Of a stretch of 64,000 nucleotides of DNA, positions 37,108 to 46,906 are shown in pieces. Every line of letters starts with the position of its first letter. Position 1 is the stretch's first letter. The DNA comes from Sphingomonas sp. (GTDB lineage: Bacteria; Pseudomonadota; Alphaproteobacteria; Sphingomonadales; Sphingomonadaceae). The DNA is taken from NCBI RefSeq assembly GCF_035555815.1, contig NZ_DATMGG010000184.1, forward strand, positions 11,088-75,087, in the 5' to 3' direction. A program made the position numbers and the translations under genes. The notes below the pieces were generated by a model. The model was not told the origin of the DNA and did not search any database. It worked only from the letters and a program-made list of their open reading frames with translations.

Positions 37108-39276
37108 TTAGAGGGTGAACCGCGCCGTCACGCGGATGTCGCGCCCGGCCAGCGGGGCGAAATCCTTGAGGAAGCTCGAATGGCGCCGCGCGACGACGTC
37201 GAAGATGTTGTTCGCGCTCAGGATCAGGTTGAGCTTGTCGGTGCCGGTCGGCTTCCACGATGCGGAGGCGTTGACCAGCGTGTAGGACGGGGTGACCGTC
37301 TCGAACTCGGCGATGCGGTCCTGTTTGAACACATGCTCGGCCTCGACCCGCGCGGTGATCGCGTCGCTCTGCGCCTCCAGTCCGCCCAGCACGCGCATCG
37401 GCGGGATGCGCGGCACCGGCCCCAGGTCGACGATGTTGGCCTGGACGTAGTCGCCCAGCACGTCGGCGTTGACCGTCCAGCCGTCGAACTGGGCGAGCCG
37501 CACCGAAGCCTCCGCCTCCAGCCCCCAGTAGCGGGCGTCGGCCTGCAACGACTGGAAGCACGGCAGGTCGGCCTCGCGGCCGGACGGGTCCGCCGCCGCC
37601 TGGCACACGCCCTCGGCGACCTGGGTTTCGTAGATGTAGTTGGAGAACCAGTTGTAATAGGCCGACGCGTCGAACGAATAGCCGTCGCCGTGGCCGTGGA
37701 CGGTCGCTTCCAGCCCCCACGACTTCTCGACCTTGAAATCGGGATTGCCCAGTTCCCACGCCTGCGTGCCGGCGTGGGCGCCGTTGGCGAACAGCTCCTC
37801 GCCCGATGGCGCACGCTCGGTGCGCGACAGGTTGAGGCCGAAACGCCAGTCGGGGGTCACCGCATAGGATGCGCCCAGCGATCCCGACACGGTGTCGAAA
37901 TGGCGCGATCCGCCGAAGAAGCGCAGGTCGTCGCCAACGGTCTTCGACGTCAGGCTGCTCGATTCGTAGCGCAGGCCGCCCTCCGCCTTGAACGCGCCCA
38001 TGTCGATCTGCTGCAGCGTGAACAGGCCGATCTGGCTGGTCTCGTTGCGCGGCAGGAACGCCTCGTCGCCGCGCACGTCGAAGTTGCGGTTGAAATATTG
38101 CACGCCGCTGGCGCCCAGCCACGCGCCGCGCCTGGCCTGGACCAGCTCCAGCCGCGCCTCGGTGCCCTTGTTGTAGAAGGCGGTGCCGACCTCGCCGTCC
38201 TCCTCCAGCTCATAGTGGCGGTATTGGGCATGGCCGGCGCGCAGGCGGATCTTGTCGAGGATGTCGCCGCCGGTATCGATCTCGCCGCGCAGGTCGACGC
38301 GGTTCTGAACGATGTCGAGGCGCGGCGCCTCCTGCTCCTGGCCCGGTTCGGTCGCATAGCGCAGCGGCACGCCGTACAAGCTGTCGTAATGGCTGTACGA
38401 AATGCCGAGATTGCCGGTGTCGGTGACGATCGCCGCGCCGAACCCGGCGGTCCACGTCTCCGCCGCGCTGTTCGGCAGCTTCCCCTTGAGCGCGGCCTGG
38501 CCGGCAAAATCGATCGGCTCGTCGGCCGGGTCCTGCGGCAGCGCGGCGCTGGCCAGCGACGCGGCGCGCATCGCCGGGGACAGCAGATAGCCGCCGGTGC
38601 GCAGGTCGCCCGACTTGGAATAGCTGCCGTCGGCGTGGAGCACGAACGGGCCGCCGACCGCGACGTCGCCGGCCATGCCGCCCGACCGCTCGTTCGCCGC
38701 CGATCCATAGGTCGCCGTGCCCGACAGGCGATAGCCGTCGGCGGGGATGCTGCGCGGGATGCGGGTGTCGATGACGTTGACGACGCCGCCCACCGCCGAC
38801 GATCCGAACAGCAGCGCCGCCGGCCCGCGCAGCACCTCGATCCGCTCGGCCAGCAGCGGGTCGATGATCACCGCGTGATCGACCGAGGTGTTCGACACGT
38901 CGATCGATCCGATGCCGTCGGTCAGCACGCGCACGCGATCGCCCTGGAAACCGCGCAGGATCGGCCGCGACGCGCTCGGCCCGAACGAGGTCGCCGACAC
39001 GCCGGGCTGGCGCGCCAGCGTCTCGCCCAGCGACGGGCGCAGATCCTTGGCAAGTTCCGCGCCCGACACGACGGAGGTGCCGGACAGCACGTCGCGCTCG
39101 CTGCGCTCCAGCGCGCCGGTGACGACGATGTCGCCCGGATCGTTGGCGTGGTCGTGCTGCTGCGCCACCGATTCGCTGCCGTCGGCGGTGGGGCCGTTCT
39201 GGGCGGTGGCGGGGGCGGCGACGGCCAGCGCGATCAGGCTGGCGGCGGCGGCAAGACTGGTATACGATTTGATCAT
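37108..39276 (-). CDS. TonB-dependent receptor, ZnuD-like (probable zinc uptake)
   Basis: Signal peptide, DIVVTG, plug SRPILRG...D.S..S.DHA, IEVLRGPA, HSSFLKD.APL.GR C-terminus. Confidence 0.88.
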   Translation of the reverse strand: MIKSYTSLAAAASLIALAVAAPATAQNGPTADGSESVAQQHDHANDPGDIVVTGALERSERDVLSGTSVVSGAELAKDLRPSLGETLARQPGVSATSFGPSASRPILRGFQGDRVRVLTDGIGSIDVSNTSVDHAVIIDPLLAERIEVLRGPAALLFGSSAVGGVVNVIDTRIPRSIPADGYRLSGTATYGSAANERSGGMAGDVAVGGPFVLHADGSYSKSGDLRTGGYLLSPAMRAASLASAALPQDPADEPIDFAGQAALKGKLPNSAAETWTAGFGAAIVTDTGNLGISYSHYDSLYGVPLRYATEPGQEQEAPRLDIVQNRVDLRGEIDTGGDILDKIRLRAGHAQYRHYELEEDGEVGTAFYNKGTEARLELVQARRGAWLGASGVQYFNRNFDVRGDEAFLPRNETSQIGLFTLQQIDMGAFKAEGGLRYESSSLTSKTVGDDLRFFGGSRHFDTVSGSLGASYAVTPDWRFGLNLSRTERAPSGEELFANGAHAGTQAWELGNPDFKVEKSWGLEATVHGHGDGYSFDASAYYNWFSNYIYETQVAEGVCQAAADPSGREADLPCFQSLQADARYWGLEAEASVRLAQFDGWTVNADVLGDYVQANIVDLGPVPRIPPMRVLGGLEAQSDAITARVEAEHVFKQDRIAEFETVTPSYTLVNASASWKPTGTDKLNLILSANNIFDVVARRHSSFLKDFAPLAGRDIRVTARFTL

Positions 39277-39292
39277 GCGCCGTCGTCTAGAC

Positions 39293-39310
39293 GGCATGAT
39301 ACAACATATC
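39293..39310 (-). promoter_or_regulatory. Putative Zur box
   Basis: Minus strand GATATGTTGTATCAT, 10/12 match to the ATGTTATAACAT palindrome, ~20 bp upstream of the receptor ATG. Confidence 0.6.
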
Positions 39311-39357
39311 AAGAACAACTCGTCGCTATCGGATACCGTTTCATCGCTGCAACGATG

Positions 39358-40446
39358 TCAGAGCGGCTCGGGGCCGGCGGCGCCCAGCCGGTGGCTGCAC
39401 AACTGCGCCTCGGGGGTGTCGTCGCGGGTCAGCGCGGCGACGGTGACCCAGCCCGCCGCGCGTAGCTGGCGCCCGGTTTCCACGTCGGTGCCGGGGGGCA
39501 GGAACAGCCGTCGCCGGTCGCGCGCGGACCCCAGCGTATCGAGGATCGGATCGGCGAACAGCGTCACGCCGACCGCGCGCTCCTCGCTCCCGTCGTCGTG
39601 GACGATGGTGTAGCTGCCGCCGCGCCCGATCTCGCCCGGCGCGCCGCCCCCGAAGATCGAGAAGCCGAGCCAGCTCTGATACTCGAAACCGTGGCGTTCG
39701 GTCGGGTCGACGGTCAGGCCGACGCCGGCCGGCAGCGCCTCCGCGATCGCCACCAGCCCGTCGAGCCGGCTGGCGAGTGCGGCATGGCCGCGCAATTTGG
39801 TCAGCGCGGCGGGGAAGGGGCCGGCCGCCTCGATCAGTGGCAGATAGGCGCGGTCGATCGCGGCGACGCGCCCCGCGTCCTTGGCGTCGAGCGCGTCGCG
39901 CAGCGCCGCCAGCGCCTCTGGTGCCAGCGAATCGCCGGCCAGGGTCGCGATCAGGTCGGGCAGGGTGAAATCGACCGATACGCCCTGCACGCCCGCCGCC
40001 GCCAGCGCCTCGACCGCGACCGTCACCACCTCGCGCGCCGCCGCGACGCTGTCGAGGCCGATCAGCTCGACGCCGATCTGGCGCATCGTCCGCGCCGGGC
40101 GCAGCTCCGACGCGCGCAGCTTGAGCACCGGGCCGGCATAGGACAGCCGCACCGGGCGCGGGTGGTGCGCCATGCGCGTCGCCGCGATCCGCCCGACCTG
40201 CGCGGTGATGTCGGGGCGGATCGCCAGCGTGCGCTGCGACAGCGGATCGACGAAGCGCACCGCGTCGCGCGATGCGCCCGCCTTCAGCCGCCGGGCCAGT
40301 TCGTCGGCATATTCGACCAGCGGCGGATCGACCCGCTCATAGCCATGGGTCCGCGCGGTATCGAGCACGCCATGCTCCAGCCGCGCCGCCGCATCGGCGA
40401 AGGGCGGCAGGCGATCGTCGAAACCCTCGGGAAGCAGACCGGTCAT
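39358..40446 (-). CDS. hisZ: ATP phosphoribosyltransferase regulatory subunit
   Basis: LLPEGF.D.LP, RPDITAQVGRIA, RLSYAG.V, Q.GVELIG, GRGG.Y. Confidence 0.92.
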   Translation of the reverse strand: MTGLLPEGFDDRLPPFADAAARLEHGVLDTARTHGYERVDPPLVEYADELARRLKAGASRDAVRFVDPLSQRTLAIRPDITAQVGRIAATRMAHHPRPVRLSYAGPVLKLRASELRPARTMRQIGVELIGLDSVAAAREVVTVAVEALAAAGVQGVSVDFTLPDLIATLAGDSLAPEALAALRDALDAKDAGRVAAIDRAYLPLIEAAGPFPAALTKLRGHAALASRLDGLVAIAEALPAGVGLTVDPTERHGFEYQSWLGFSIFGGGAPGEIGRGGSYTIVHDDGSEERAVGVTLFADPILDTLGSARDRRRLFLPPGTDVETGRQLRAAGWVTVAALTRDDTPEAQLCSHRLGAAGPEPL

Positions 40447-40461
40447 CGTGCGGCGAAAACT

Positions 40462-40553
40462 CCGTTCGCGGCTGCATCCCTCGATGCCCCGCCTGTCCTT
40501 TGACACCGTGCGCTAGAAGAAGCGCGGCCCTTCGACAAGTTCGGCGCTGACGG
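40462..40553. repeat. Degenerate family A doublet (serA-hisZ intergenic)
   Basis: CCGTTCGCGGCTG..TCGATGCCCCGCC ... AGAAGAAGCGCGGCCCTTCGACAAGTTCGGCGCTGACGG. Confidence 0.65.
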
Positions 40554-40587
40554 TTGGGGGGCGGCGCGGCGGCCGCCCCCTCCAGTC

Positions 40588-42165
40588 TCAGAACGCCAGC
40601 GCCATCGCGGTCTTGACGCCGGGCAGCGCGCGCAGGCGGGCGATCAGCTCGCCGGTCACCGCCTCGTCGACCGACAGCAGCAGCACCGCCTCGCCGCCGG
40701 CTTCGCGCCGGCCGAGGTGGAAGGTGCCGATGTTGACCCCCGCCTCGCCCAGCAGCGAGCCGAGCCGGCCGATGAAGCCCGGCGCGTCCTCGTTGACCAC
40801 ATACAGCATGTGACCGGCCAGATCGGCCTCGACCTTGATCCCGAACAGCTCGACCAGGCGCGGCGCCTGATTGCCGAACAGCGTGCCCGCGACCGATCGC
40901 TCGCCCGCGTCGGTCTTGACCGATACGCGCACCAGCGTGTGGTAATCGCCCTCGCGCTCGGTCTTGACCTCGCGCACCTCGATCCCGCGCTCCTTGGCCA
41001 GATAGGGGGCGTTGACCATGTTCACCGTCGCGGTCTGGGTCCGCAGGAACCCGGCCAGCACGGCGCTGACGATCGGCTTCTGGTTCAGCTCGGCGGCGGC
41101 CCCCTCCGAATGGATCGACACGCGCGGGATCGCGCCGGTCGCCAGCTGGCCGACCAGGCTGCCCAGCTTTTCCGCCAGCACCATATAGGGCTTCAGCCGC
41201 GGCGCTTCCTCGGCCGACAGGCTCGGCATGTTGAGCGCGTTGGTGACGCCGCCGGTCGTCAGAAAATCGGCCATCTGCTCGGCGACCTGGATCGCGACGT
41301 TGACCTGCGCCTCGTTGGTCGATGCGCCCAGATGCGGGGTGGAGATGAAGTTGGCGGTGCCGAACAGCGGCGATTCCTTCGCCGGCTCGGTCACGAACAC
41401 GTCGAGCGCGGCGCCGCCGATCTGTCCCGAATCCAGCCCCTCCTTCAGCGCCGCCTCGTCGATCAGGCCGCCGCGCGCGCAATTGATGATCCGCACGCCC
41501 TTCTTGGTCTTGGCCAGGTTCTCCGCCGACAGGATGTTGCGCGTCTGGTCGGTCAGCGGGGTGTGCAGCGTGATGAAGTCGGCGCGGGCGAGCAGTTCCT
41601 CCAGCTCGACCTTTTCCACGCCCATCTCGATCGCGCGCTCGGGGCTCAGGAACGGGTCATAGGCGACCACCTTCATGCGCAGGCCCAGCGCGCGGTCGGC
41701 GACGATCGAACCGATGTTGCCGGCGCCGATCAGTCCGAGCACCTTCGACGTCAGCTCGACGCCCATGAAGCGGTTCTTCTCCCACTTGCCGGCCTGGGTC
41801 GACGCGTCGGCCTCGGGCAGCTGGCGGGCGAGCGCGAACATCAGCGCGATCGCGTGTTCGGCGGTGGTGATCGAATTGCCGAACGGGGTGTTCATCACCA
41901 CCACGCCCTTGGCCGACGCGTTGGGGATGTCGACGTTGTCGACGCCGATGCCGGCGCGCCCGACCACCTTCAGGTTGGTCGCGGCATCCAGGATCGCCTT
42001 GGTCACCTTGGTCGAGCTGCGGATGGCGAGTCCGTCATACTGGCCGATGATCGCGGTCAGCTCGTCCGGCGTCTTGCCGGTGATCTCGTCGACCTCGATG
42101 CCGCGGGCGCGAAAGATGGCGGCGGCGTTGGGGTCCATTTTGTCGGAAATCAGAACCTTGGGCAT
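40588..42165 (-). CDS. serA: D-3-phosphoglycerate dehydrogenase
   Basis: GRAGIGVDN, GAGNIG, NCARGG, TPHLGAST, C-terminal ACT domain. Confidence 0.97.
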   Translation of the reverse strand: MPKVLISDKMDPNAAAIFRARGIEVDEITGKTPDELTAIIGQYDGLAIRSSTKVTKAILDAATNLKVVGRAGIGVDNVDIPNASAKGVVVMNTPFGNSITTAEHAIALMFALARQLPEADASTQAGKWEKNRFMGVELTSKVLGLIGAGNIGSIVADRALGLRMKVVAYDPFLSPERAIEMGVEKVELEELLARADFITLHTPLTDQTRNILSAENLAKTKKGVRIINCARGGLIDEAALKEGLDSGQIGGAALDVFVTEPAKESPLFGTANFISTPHLGASTNEAQVNVAIQVAEQMADFLTTGGVTNALNMPSLSAEEAPRLKPYMVLAEKLGSLVGQLATGAIPRVSIHSEGAAAELNQKPIVSAVLAGFLRTQTATVNMVNAPYLAKERGIEVREVKTEREGDYHTLVRVSVKTDAGERSVAGTLFGNQAPRLVELFGIKVEADLAGHMLYVVNEDAPGFIGRLGSLLGEAGVNIGTFHLGRREAGGEAVLLLSVDEAVTGELIARLRALPGVKTAMALAF

Positions 42166-42186
42166 ATGGAAATCCTTAAAGGAAAA

Positions 42187-42271
42187 CCGTTCGGGCTGAG
42201 CCTGTCGAAGCCCCGCCCTTCTTGAACGGTCGAGAAGACGTGCGGCCCTTCGACAAGCTCAGGGCGAACGG
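42187..42271. repeat. Family A doublet (serC-serA intergenic)
   Basis: CCGTTCGGGCTGAGCCTGTCGAAGCCC ... GCCCTTCGACAAGCTCAGGGCGAACGG, 85 bp. Confidence 0.92.
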
Positions 42272-42281
42272 AGGAAGAGGG

Positions 42282-43442
42282 TCAGCCGGCCTTGGCGGTC
42301 GCGTAGGCCCAGTCGAGCCACGGGCCGAGCGCCTCGATATCGGCGGTGTCGACGGTCGCGCCGCACCAGATGCGCAGGCCCGCCGGGGCGTCGCGATATC
42401 CGGCGACGTCCAGCGCGGCGCCTTCCTTTTCCAGCAGCCCGGCCATGGTCTTGATGAACGCCTCGTCGGCGCCTTCCACCGTCAGGCACACGCTGGTGCG
42501 CGATCGGATGCCGCGATCGACCGCGAGATGGCCCAGCCAGTCGCGGTGCGCGACGATCTTGTCGAGCGCGGCGGCATTGGCGTCGCTGCGCGCGATCAGC
42601 CCGTGCAGCCCGCCCAGCGACTTCGCCCATTCCAGCGCAAAGATCGCGTCCTCGACCGCCAGCATCGACGGGGTGTTGATCGTCTCGCCCTTGAACACGC
42701 CCTCGGCCAGCGCGCCCTTGGAGACCAGGCGGAACACCTTGGGCAGCGGCCAGGCGGGGGTGTATTCGGTCAGCCGCTCGACCGCGCGCGGCCCCAGGAT
42801 CAGCACGCCGTGGCCGCCTTCGCCGCCCAGCACCTTCTGCCAGCTGAACGTGGCGACATCGATCTTGTCCCACGGCAGGTCATAGGCGAACACCGCGCTG
42901 GTCGCATCGGCGAAGCTCAGCCCCTCGCGATCGGCCGGAATCCACTCGCCGTCGGGCACGCGCACGCCACTGGTGGTGCCGTTCCAGGTGAACAGCACGT
43001 CGTCCGACCAGTCGACCTTGTCGAGGTCGGGCAGCTGCCCGTAATCGGCGCGGATCACGGTCGGTTCGAGCTTCAATTGCTTGACCGCATCGGTGACCCA
43101 ACCTTCACCAAAGCTTTCCCAGGCCAGCGTGGTCACGCCGCGCGCGCCCAGCATCGTCCACATCGCCATCTCGAACGCGCCGGTATCCGAACCGGGGACG
43201 ATGCCGATGCGGTGGGTATCGGGCAGCTGGAGCATCTCGCGCATCAGGTCGATGGCATGTTGCAGCCGCGCCTTGCCGATCTTCGAGCGGTGCGAGCGGC
43301 CGAGCGAATCGGTGGCCAGCTTGTCGGCGGCCCAGCCGGGAGGCTTGGCGCAGGGACCGGAGGAGAAGAAGGGCCGCGCCGGCCGGGTGGCGGGCTTGGC
43401 GGCGGACGGAATCGTGGCGTCGGTAACGGTCGTGTCAGTCAT
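42282..43442 (-). CDS. serC: Phosphoserine aminotransferase (alphaproteobacterial type)
   Basis: FSSGPCAK.PGW, GRSHRS, SDTGA.E, FSWQK, TINTPS, LRIWCG. Confidence 0.95.
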   Translation of the reverse strand: MTDTTVTDATIPSAAKPATRPARPFFSSGPCAKPPGWAADKLATDSLGRSHRSKIGKARLQHAIDLMREMLQLPDTHRIGIVPGSDTGAFEMAMWTMLGARGVTTLAWESFGEGWVTDAVKQLKLEPTVIRADYGQLPDLDKVDWSDDVLFTWNGTTSGVRVPDGEWIPADREGLSFADATSAVFAYDLPWDKIDVATFSWQKVLGGEGGHGVLILGPRAVERLTEYTPAWPLPKVFRLVSKGALAEGVFKGETINTPSMLAVEDAIFALEWAKSLGGLHGLIARSDANAAALDKIVAHRDWLGHLAVDRGIRSRTSVCLTVEGADEAFIKTMAGLLEKEGAALDVAGYRDAPAGLRIWCGATVDTADIEALGPWLDWAYATAKAG

Positions 43443-43445
43443 GTA

Positions 43446-43492
43446 GACTCTCCTTACAGAGAGCACGCGCGGCGTTGGGACCGCGTGGCCCG
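43446..43492 (-). ncRNA. Probable serC leader RNA motif
   Basis: Minus strand GGGCCACGCGGTCCCAACGCCGCGCG hairpin plus CTCTC-TGTAAG-GAGAG hairpin over the RBS; matches my recollection of the alphaproteobacterial serC leader motif. Confidence 0.6.
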
Positions 43493-43590
43493 TCGGCGGC
43501 CCTAACGGCGTTCGGCGGCGTGTCAATCGGCTTTGGCTGGACAATGCCTGCGCGGTGGTGATTCTTGGCCAAGGGGGGAGAGCCATCGGG

Positions 43591-44252
43591 ATGGATCAGG
43601 ACATGCCGCGCGACCCGGTCGCGCTCGGGAAAGTTGCGATCGCGTTCGTCTACACCTACCTCTCGCTCGAAGCTCTTTACACGCTCAGCTGCGTCTACCA
43701 GCTCGTGCGCTTTTCCGGGCTGGACCCGGCCGAGCCCGATTCGCTGGCCCTCGATCAGCTGGATGGGCCATCGACGTTGTTGATCGCGGCCCTCGGGATC
43801 GGCCTTGCAGTCGTCGGAGTGGTGGCCGCGATCATTGCTTTCCGTTGGATTTATCGGGTCAACCGCAACGCCCACCTGTTCAGCGACTGGATGACGATGA
43901 CGCCGGGCTGGAACGTCATCTGGTTTTTCGTCCCGGTCGCGGGCTGTACATGCCCTTCCAGGGGGTGCTTCAAAGCTGGCAGGCGAGCCATGCGCCGGAC
44001 GATCCCGCGTCGGTGCCGGTGCCGCCGTTGCTGCGCTGGTGGTGGGGGCTGTGGATCGTCACCAATCTACTCGGAAATGCTTCGCCGCGCGTCTGGGCTC
44101 GTGGCGATACCGTCGGCGATATGATGTTTTCGAACTGGGTCGATGTCGCGACGTTTTTTGTCGATGTGCCGCTCGCCATTCTCTTCATCACACTGATCCG
44201 CCGCCTCTCCACGGCGCAGGCCGCCGCGCTTGAAGAACGGGTGTCCGCATAG
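43591..44252 (+). pseudogene. DUF4328-like membrane protein, frameshifted near 43943
   Basis: Frame 1 W.YR.N.NAH...TPGW...WFFVPVAG continues in another frame as LYMPFQ...W..S...WW.LW. Confidence 0.75.
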
Positions 44253-44292
44253 CGTTAGGCCAGGGTTCATCGCCGGCCGATACTGGGCTGGC

Positions 44293-44955
44293 ATGGGCAA
44301 GGGGTGGATAGCGGGTCTGGCGGTTGCGGCACTGCTCGCCGGGTGCGGCGGCGATCGGCCGCGTGAGCGGCCGCGCGGCAGCGCGCCGGTAACGCTGCCC
44401 TCGGCGCCGTCGTCCGAAACGCGCCAGTGTTTCGCCGATCTGTCGGGACAGGAGGTGCGCTTCTCGCCGCTCCCCGATCGCGACTATGGCGGCGGCTGCA
44501 CGGTGCGCGGGGCGGTGCAGCTGATCGATTTCGGCGTGCCGACCAGCAACCTGACCGCGATGGCCTGTCCGCTCAGCCGCACCTTCGTCGCCTGGGTACG
44601 ACACGGCGTGGTGCCGGCGGCGAGCGAGATCCTCGGCAGCCCGGTGGTCAAGGTCGAGAGTTTCGGCACCTATGCCTGTCGCGGCATCGTCGGCGGGGGC
44701 GCGGCGTCGGCGGGGCGATTGTCCGAACATGCCACCGCCAACGCGGTCGACATAGCCGCCTTCGTGCTCGCCGACGGCCGCCGGATCAGCATCGAGCGTG
44801 ACTGGCGTAACGCCGATCCGGCGGTGCGCCGCTTCCTCGCGACGATCCACGCCTCCGCCTGCAAGCGGTTCGGGACGGTGCTCGGCCCCGACTATAACGC
44901 CGCGCACTACAACCATCTGCACCTCGACATGGGGCGGGGTCCGTTCTGCCGATAG
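44293..44955 (+). CDS. Extensin-like C-terminal domain lipoprotein
   Basis: Lipobox LAGC; GTYACR, LSEHATANAVDIAAF, VLGPDYNAAH.NH.HLD. Confidence 0.88.
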   Translation: MGKGWIAGLAVAALLAGCGGDRPRERPRGSAPVTLPSAPSSETRQCFADLSGQEVRFSPLPDRDYGGGCTVRGAVQLIDFGVPTSNLTAMACPLSRTFVAWVRHGVVPAASEILGSPVVKVESFGTYACRGIVGGGAASAGRLSEHATANAVDIAAFVLADGRRISIERDWRNADPAVRRFLATIHASACKRFGTVLGPDYNAAHYNHLHLDMGRGPFCR

Positions 44956-44983
44956 CCAAGCCGCGCGGGTTTCGCTAAACCCC

Positions 44984-45868
44984 ATGAAAATGACAGATAC
45001 CAAAGTTCCGTCGCGGGTTTTCCCGCGCGCCAAGCAGGATGCGGAGACCGCCAAGCACGGCGTCAGCACCCCCCAGACCGAAAACCCGGCCTATCGCCTC
45101 GCCTTCCAGGACATGGATTTCCTGCTGCGCGAGGATCTGCGGCCGGTGCGCTTCCAGCTCGAGCTGCTCAAGCCCGAGCTGGTGCTGGAGGAGGCGAATA
45201 TCGCCTCGACCTTCGTCTTCTATGGCTCCGCCCGCATCCCTTCACCCGACCATGCCGCCGCCGCCGTCGCCGCCGCGCCCGAGGGGCCGGCCCGCGCGGT
45301 CGCCGAGAGCTTGGCCGCCAAGGCGCATTATTACGAGGTCGCGCGCGAACTGGCGCGGCTGGCCAGCAGCTTTCCGGTCGATGAGGCGGGCAAGCGCCAC
45401 TTCGTGGTGTGTTCGGGCGGCGGGCCGTCGATCATGGAGGCGGCCAATCGCGGCGCGACCGACGTCGACGCCGAATCGATCGGGCTCAACATCGTGCTGC
45501 CGCACGAACAGGCGCCCAATCCCTATGTCACGCCGCGCCTCAGCCTGCAGTTCCACTATTTCGCGCTGCGCAAGATGCATTTCTTGCTCCACGCCCGCGC
45601 GCTGGCGGCGTTCCCCGGCGGGTTCGGCACGTTCGATGAGCTGTTCGAGCTGCTGACGCTGATCCAGACCGGCAAGATCGCGCCGATCCCGGTGCTGCTC
45701 TATGGCCGCGCGTTCTGGGAGCGCGTGGTGAACTTCGAGGCGCTGTGCGACGAGGGCGTGATCAGCCACCGCGACCTCAATCTGTTCACCTATGTCGAGA
45801 CCGCGCAGGAGGGCTGGGACGTGGTGCGCGACTTCTACCGCGACCGGGGCGACCCGATCGTCCCGTAG
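44984..45868 (+). CDS. LOG family (TIGR00730) nucleotide-binding protein
   Basis: YGSAR, GGGPSIMEAANRGA, FHYFALRK, PGGFGT.DELFE. Confidence 0.9.
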   Translation: MKMTDTKVPSRVFPRAKQDAETAKHGVSTPQTENPAYRLAFQDMDFLLREDLRPVRFQLELLKPELVLEEANIASTFVFYGSARIPSPDHAAAAVAAAPEGPARAVAESLAAKAHYYEVARELARLASSFPVDEAGKRHFVVCSGGGPSIMEAANRGATDVDAESIGLNIVLPHEQAPNPYVTPRLSLQFHYFALRKMHFLLHARALAAFPGGFGTFDELFELLTLIQTGKIAPIPVLLYGRAFWERVVNFEALCDEGVISHRDLNLFTYVETAQEGWDVVRDFYRDRGDPIVP

Positions 45869-45986
45869 GAGTTGCCGTGCGACGCGGCGGGCCGGGTTCG
45901 CCGTTGCCCGACAGCGTCGCACGGAGCCTTCGACCCCGCACCGGCCCGCGCGGGCCATGGCGCCGGGGGCTCGGCGGTATGCGGGG

Positions 45987-46664
45987 TCAGTCGGTCTTCT
46001 TTTCCGCCTGCACCGCCGCCGCCTTGTCGACCGACGGCGCGCCGGGCGCCATCGTGCCGGCATTGGCGACGTTGCCGGTCTCGCCGGCCTCGCCCGCCTT
46101 GGTCGCGGCATCGGCCTCGGCCGGCGCGGCCTCCTCCGCCGGGGCGGCGGGGAGCGGCAGGTTCGAGCCCTGCTGGTTCAGATAGGCGATGATGTTGGCG
46201 CGTTCCTCGGCATTGCCCAGGCCGGCGAAGGTCATCTTGGTGCCGTCGGCGAACTTGCGCGGGCTTTTCAGCCATGCGTTCATGTTCTCGAAATTCCACG
46301 ACCCGCCGACCTTCTTCAGCGCGTCGGAGAAGGCGAAGCCGGCCTTGCCGTGCGCGATCTCGTCGCCCAGCGTGGCGTAGAGGTTCGGGCCGATGCCGTT
46401 GGCGCCGCCCTGATTGATCGTGTGGCACGCGGCGCACTTCTTGAAGACGTCGGCGCCCTTGGCCGGATCGGCGGTCGCCAGCAGCGCCGCGATCGGCTTC
46501 TCGGCGGCGGCGCCGCCGCCGGCAGCCTCGACGCCCTCGATCGGATAGCCCATCTTTTCGGACTTCTCGCCGTGAAACGCCATGCCGCTCACGATCGACA
46601 GGCCCAGTGCGGTGACACATGCCGCCAGCGCCCAGCCCGCGATCGTATTGCTCCGATTGTCCAT
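45987..46664 (-). CDS. Membrane-anchored cytochrome c (CycM-like)
   Basis: N-terminal TM; CAACH heme motif; GPNL; GTKMTFAG. Confidence 0.92.
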   Translation of the reverse strand: MDNRSNTIAGWALAACVTALGLSIVSGMAFHGEKSEKMGYPIEGVEAAGGGAAAEKPIAALLATADPAKGADVFKKCAACHTINQGGANGIGPNLYATLGDEIAHGKAGFAFSDALKKVGGSWNFENMNAWLKSPRKFADGTKMTFAGLGNAEERANIIAYLNQQGSNLPLPAAPAEEAAPAEADAATKAGEAGETGNVANAGTMAPGAPSVDKAAAVQAEKKTD

Positions 46665-46721
46665 TTGCCCGCCGGTTGTTCAGGTGAAGATTACGCGGGC
46701 TCTTTAGGGCGGGCATTTCGG

Positions 46722-46782
46722 CACCGCAAGCGGGCTTGCCTTCCCACCGCAAGCCGGGTTGCCTTTCCCACCGCACGCGGGC
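46722..46782. repeat. Imperfect 23-24 bp tandem repeat in the cytochrome c / pheA divergent promoter region
   Basis: CACCGCAAGCGGGCTTGCCTTCC / CACCGCAAGCCGGGTTGCCTTTCC / CACCGCACGCGGGC. Confidence 0.65.
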
Positions 46783-46906
46783 CCGCGGCTGTCTCTCGAC
46801 CCGGCCCGCCGCGACGGCTTGCCGCGATCGGCCGCCCGCCCTAGGGCGGCACGCGCCGCGCCCCGTTTCCCGCCGGGCCGGCCTCCCATCGACAGCCAGG
46901 GCCTAC

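Noticed and set aside
40447-40506. N-terminal extension of HisZ in the ORF track (MSKDRRGIEG...)
   Set aside because: It is a read-through of the degenerate family A repeat; HisZ homology starts at MTGLLPEG (40446).
45875-45924. Hairpin CCGTGCGACGC...GCGTCGCACGG between LOG and cytochrome c genes
   Set aside because: Single copy between convergent genes; adequately explained as an ordinary 3'-end structure.
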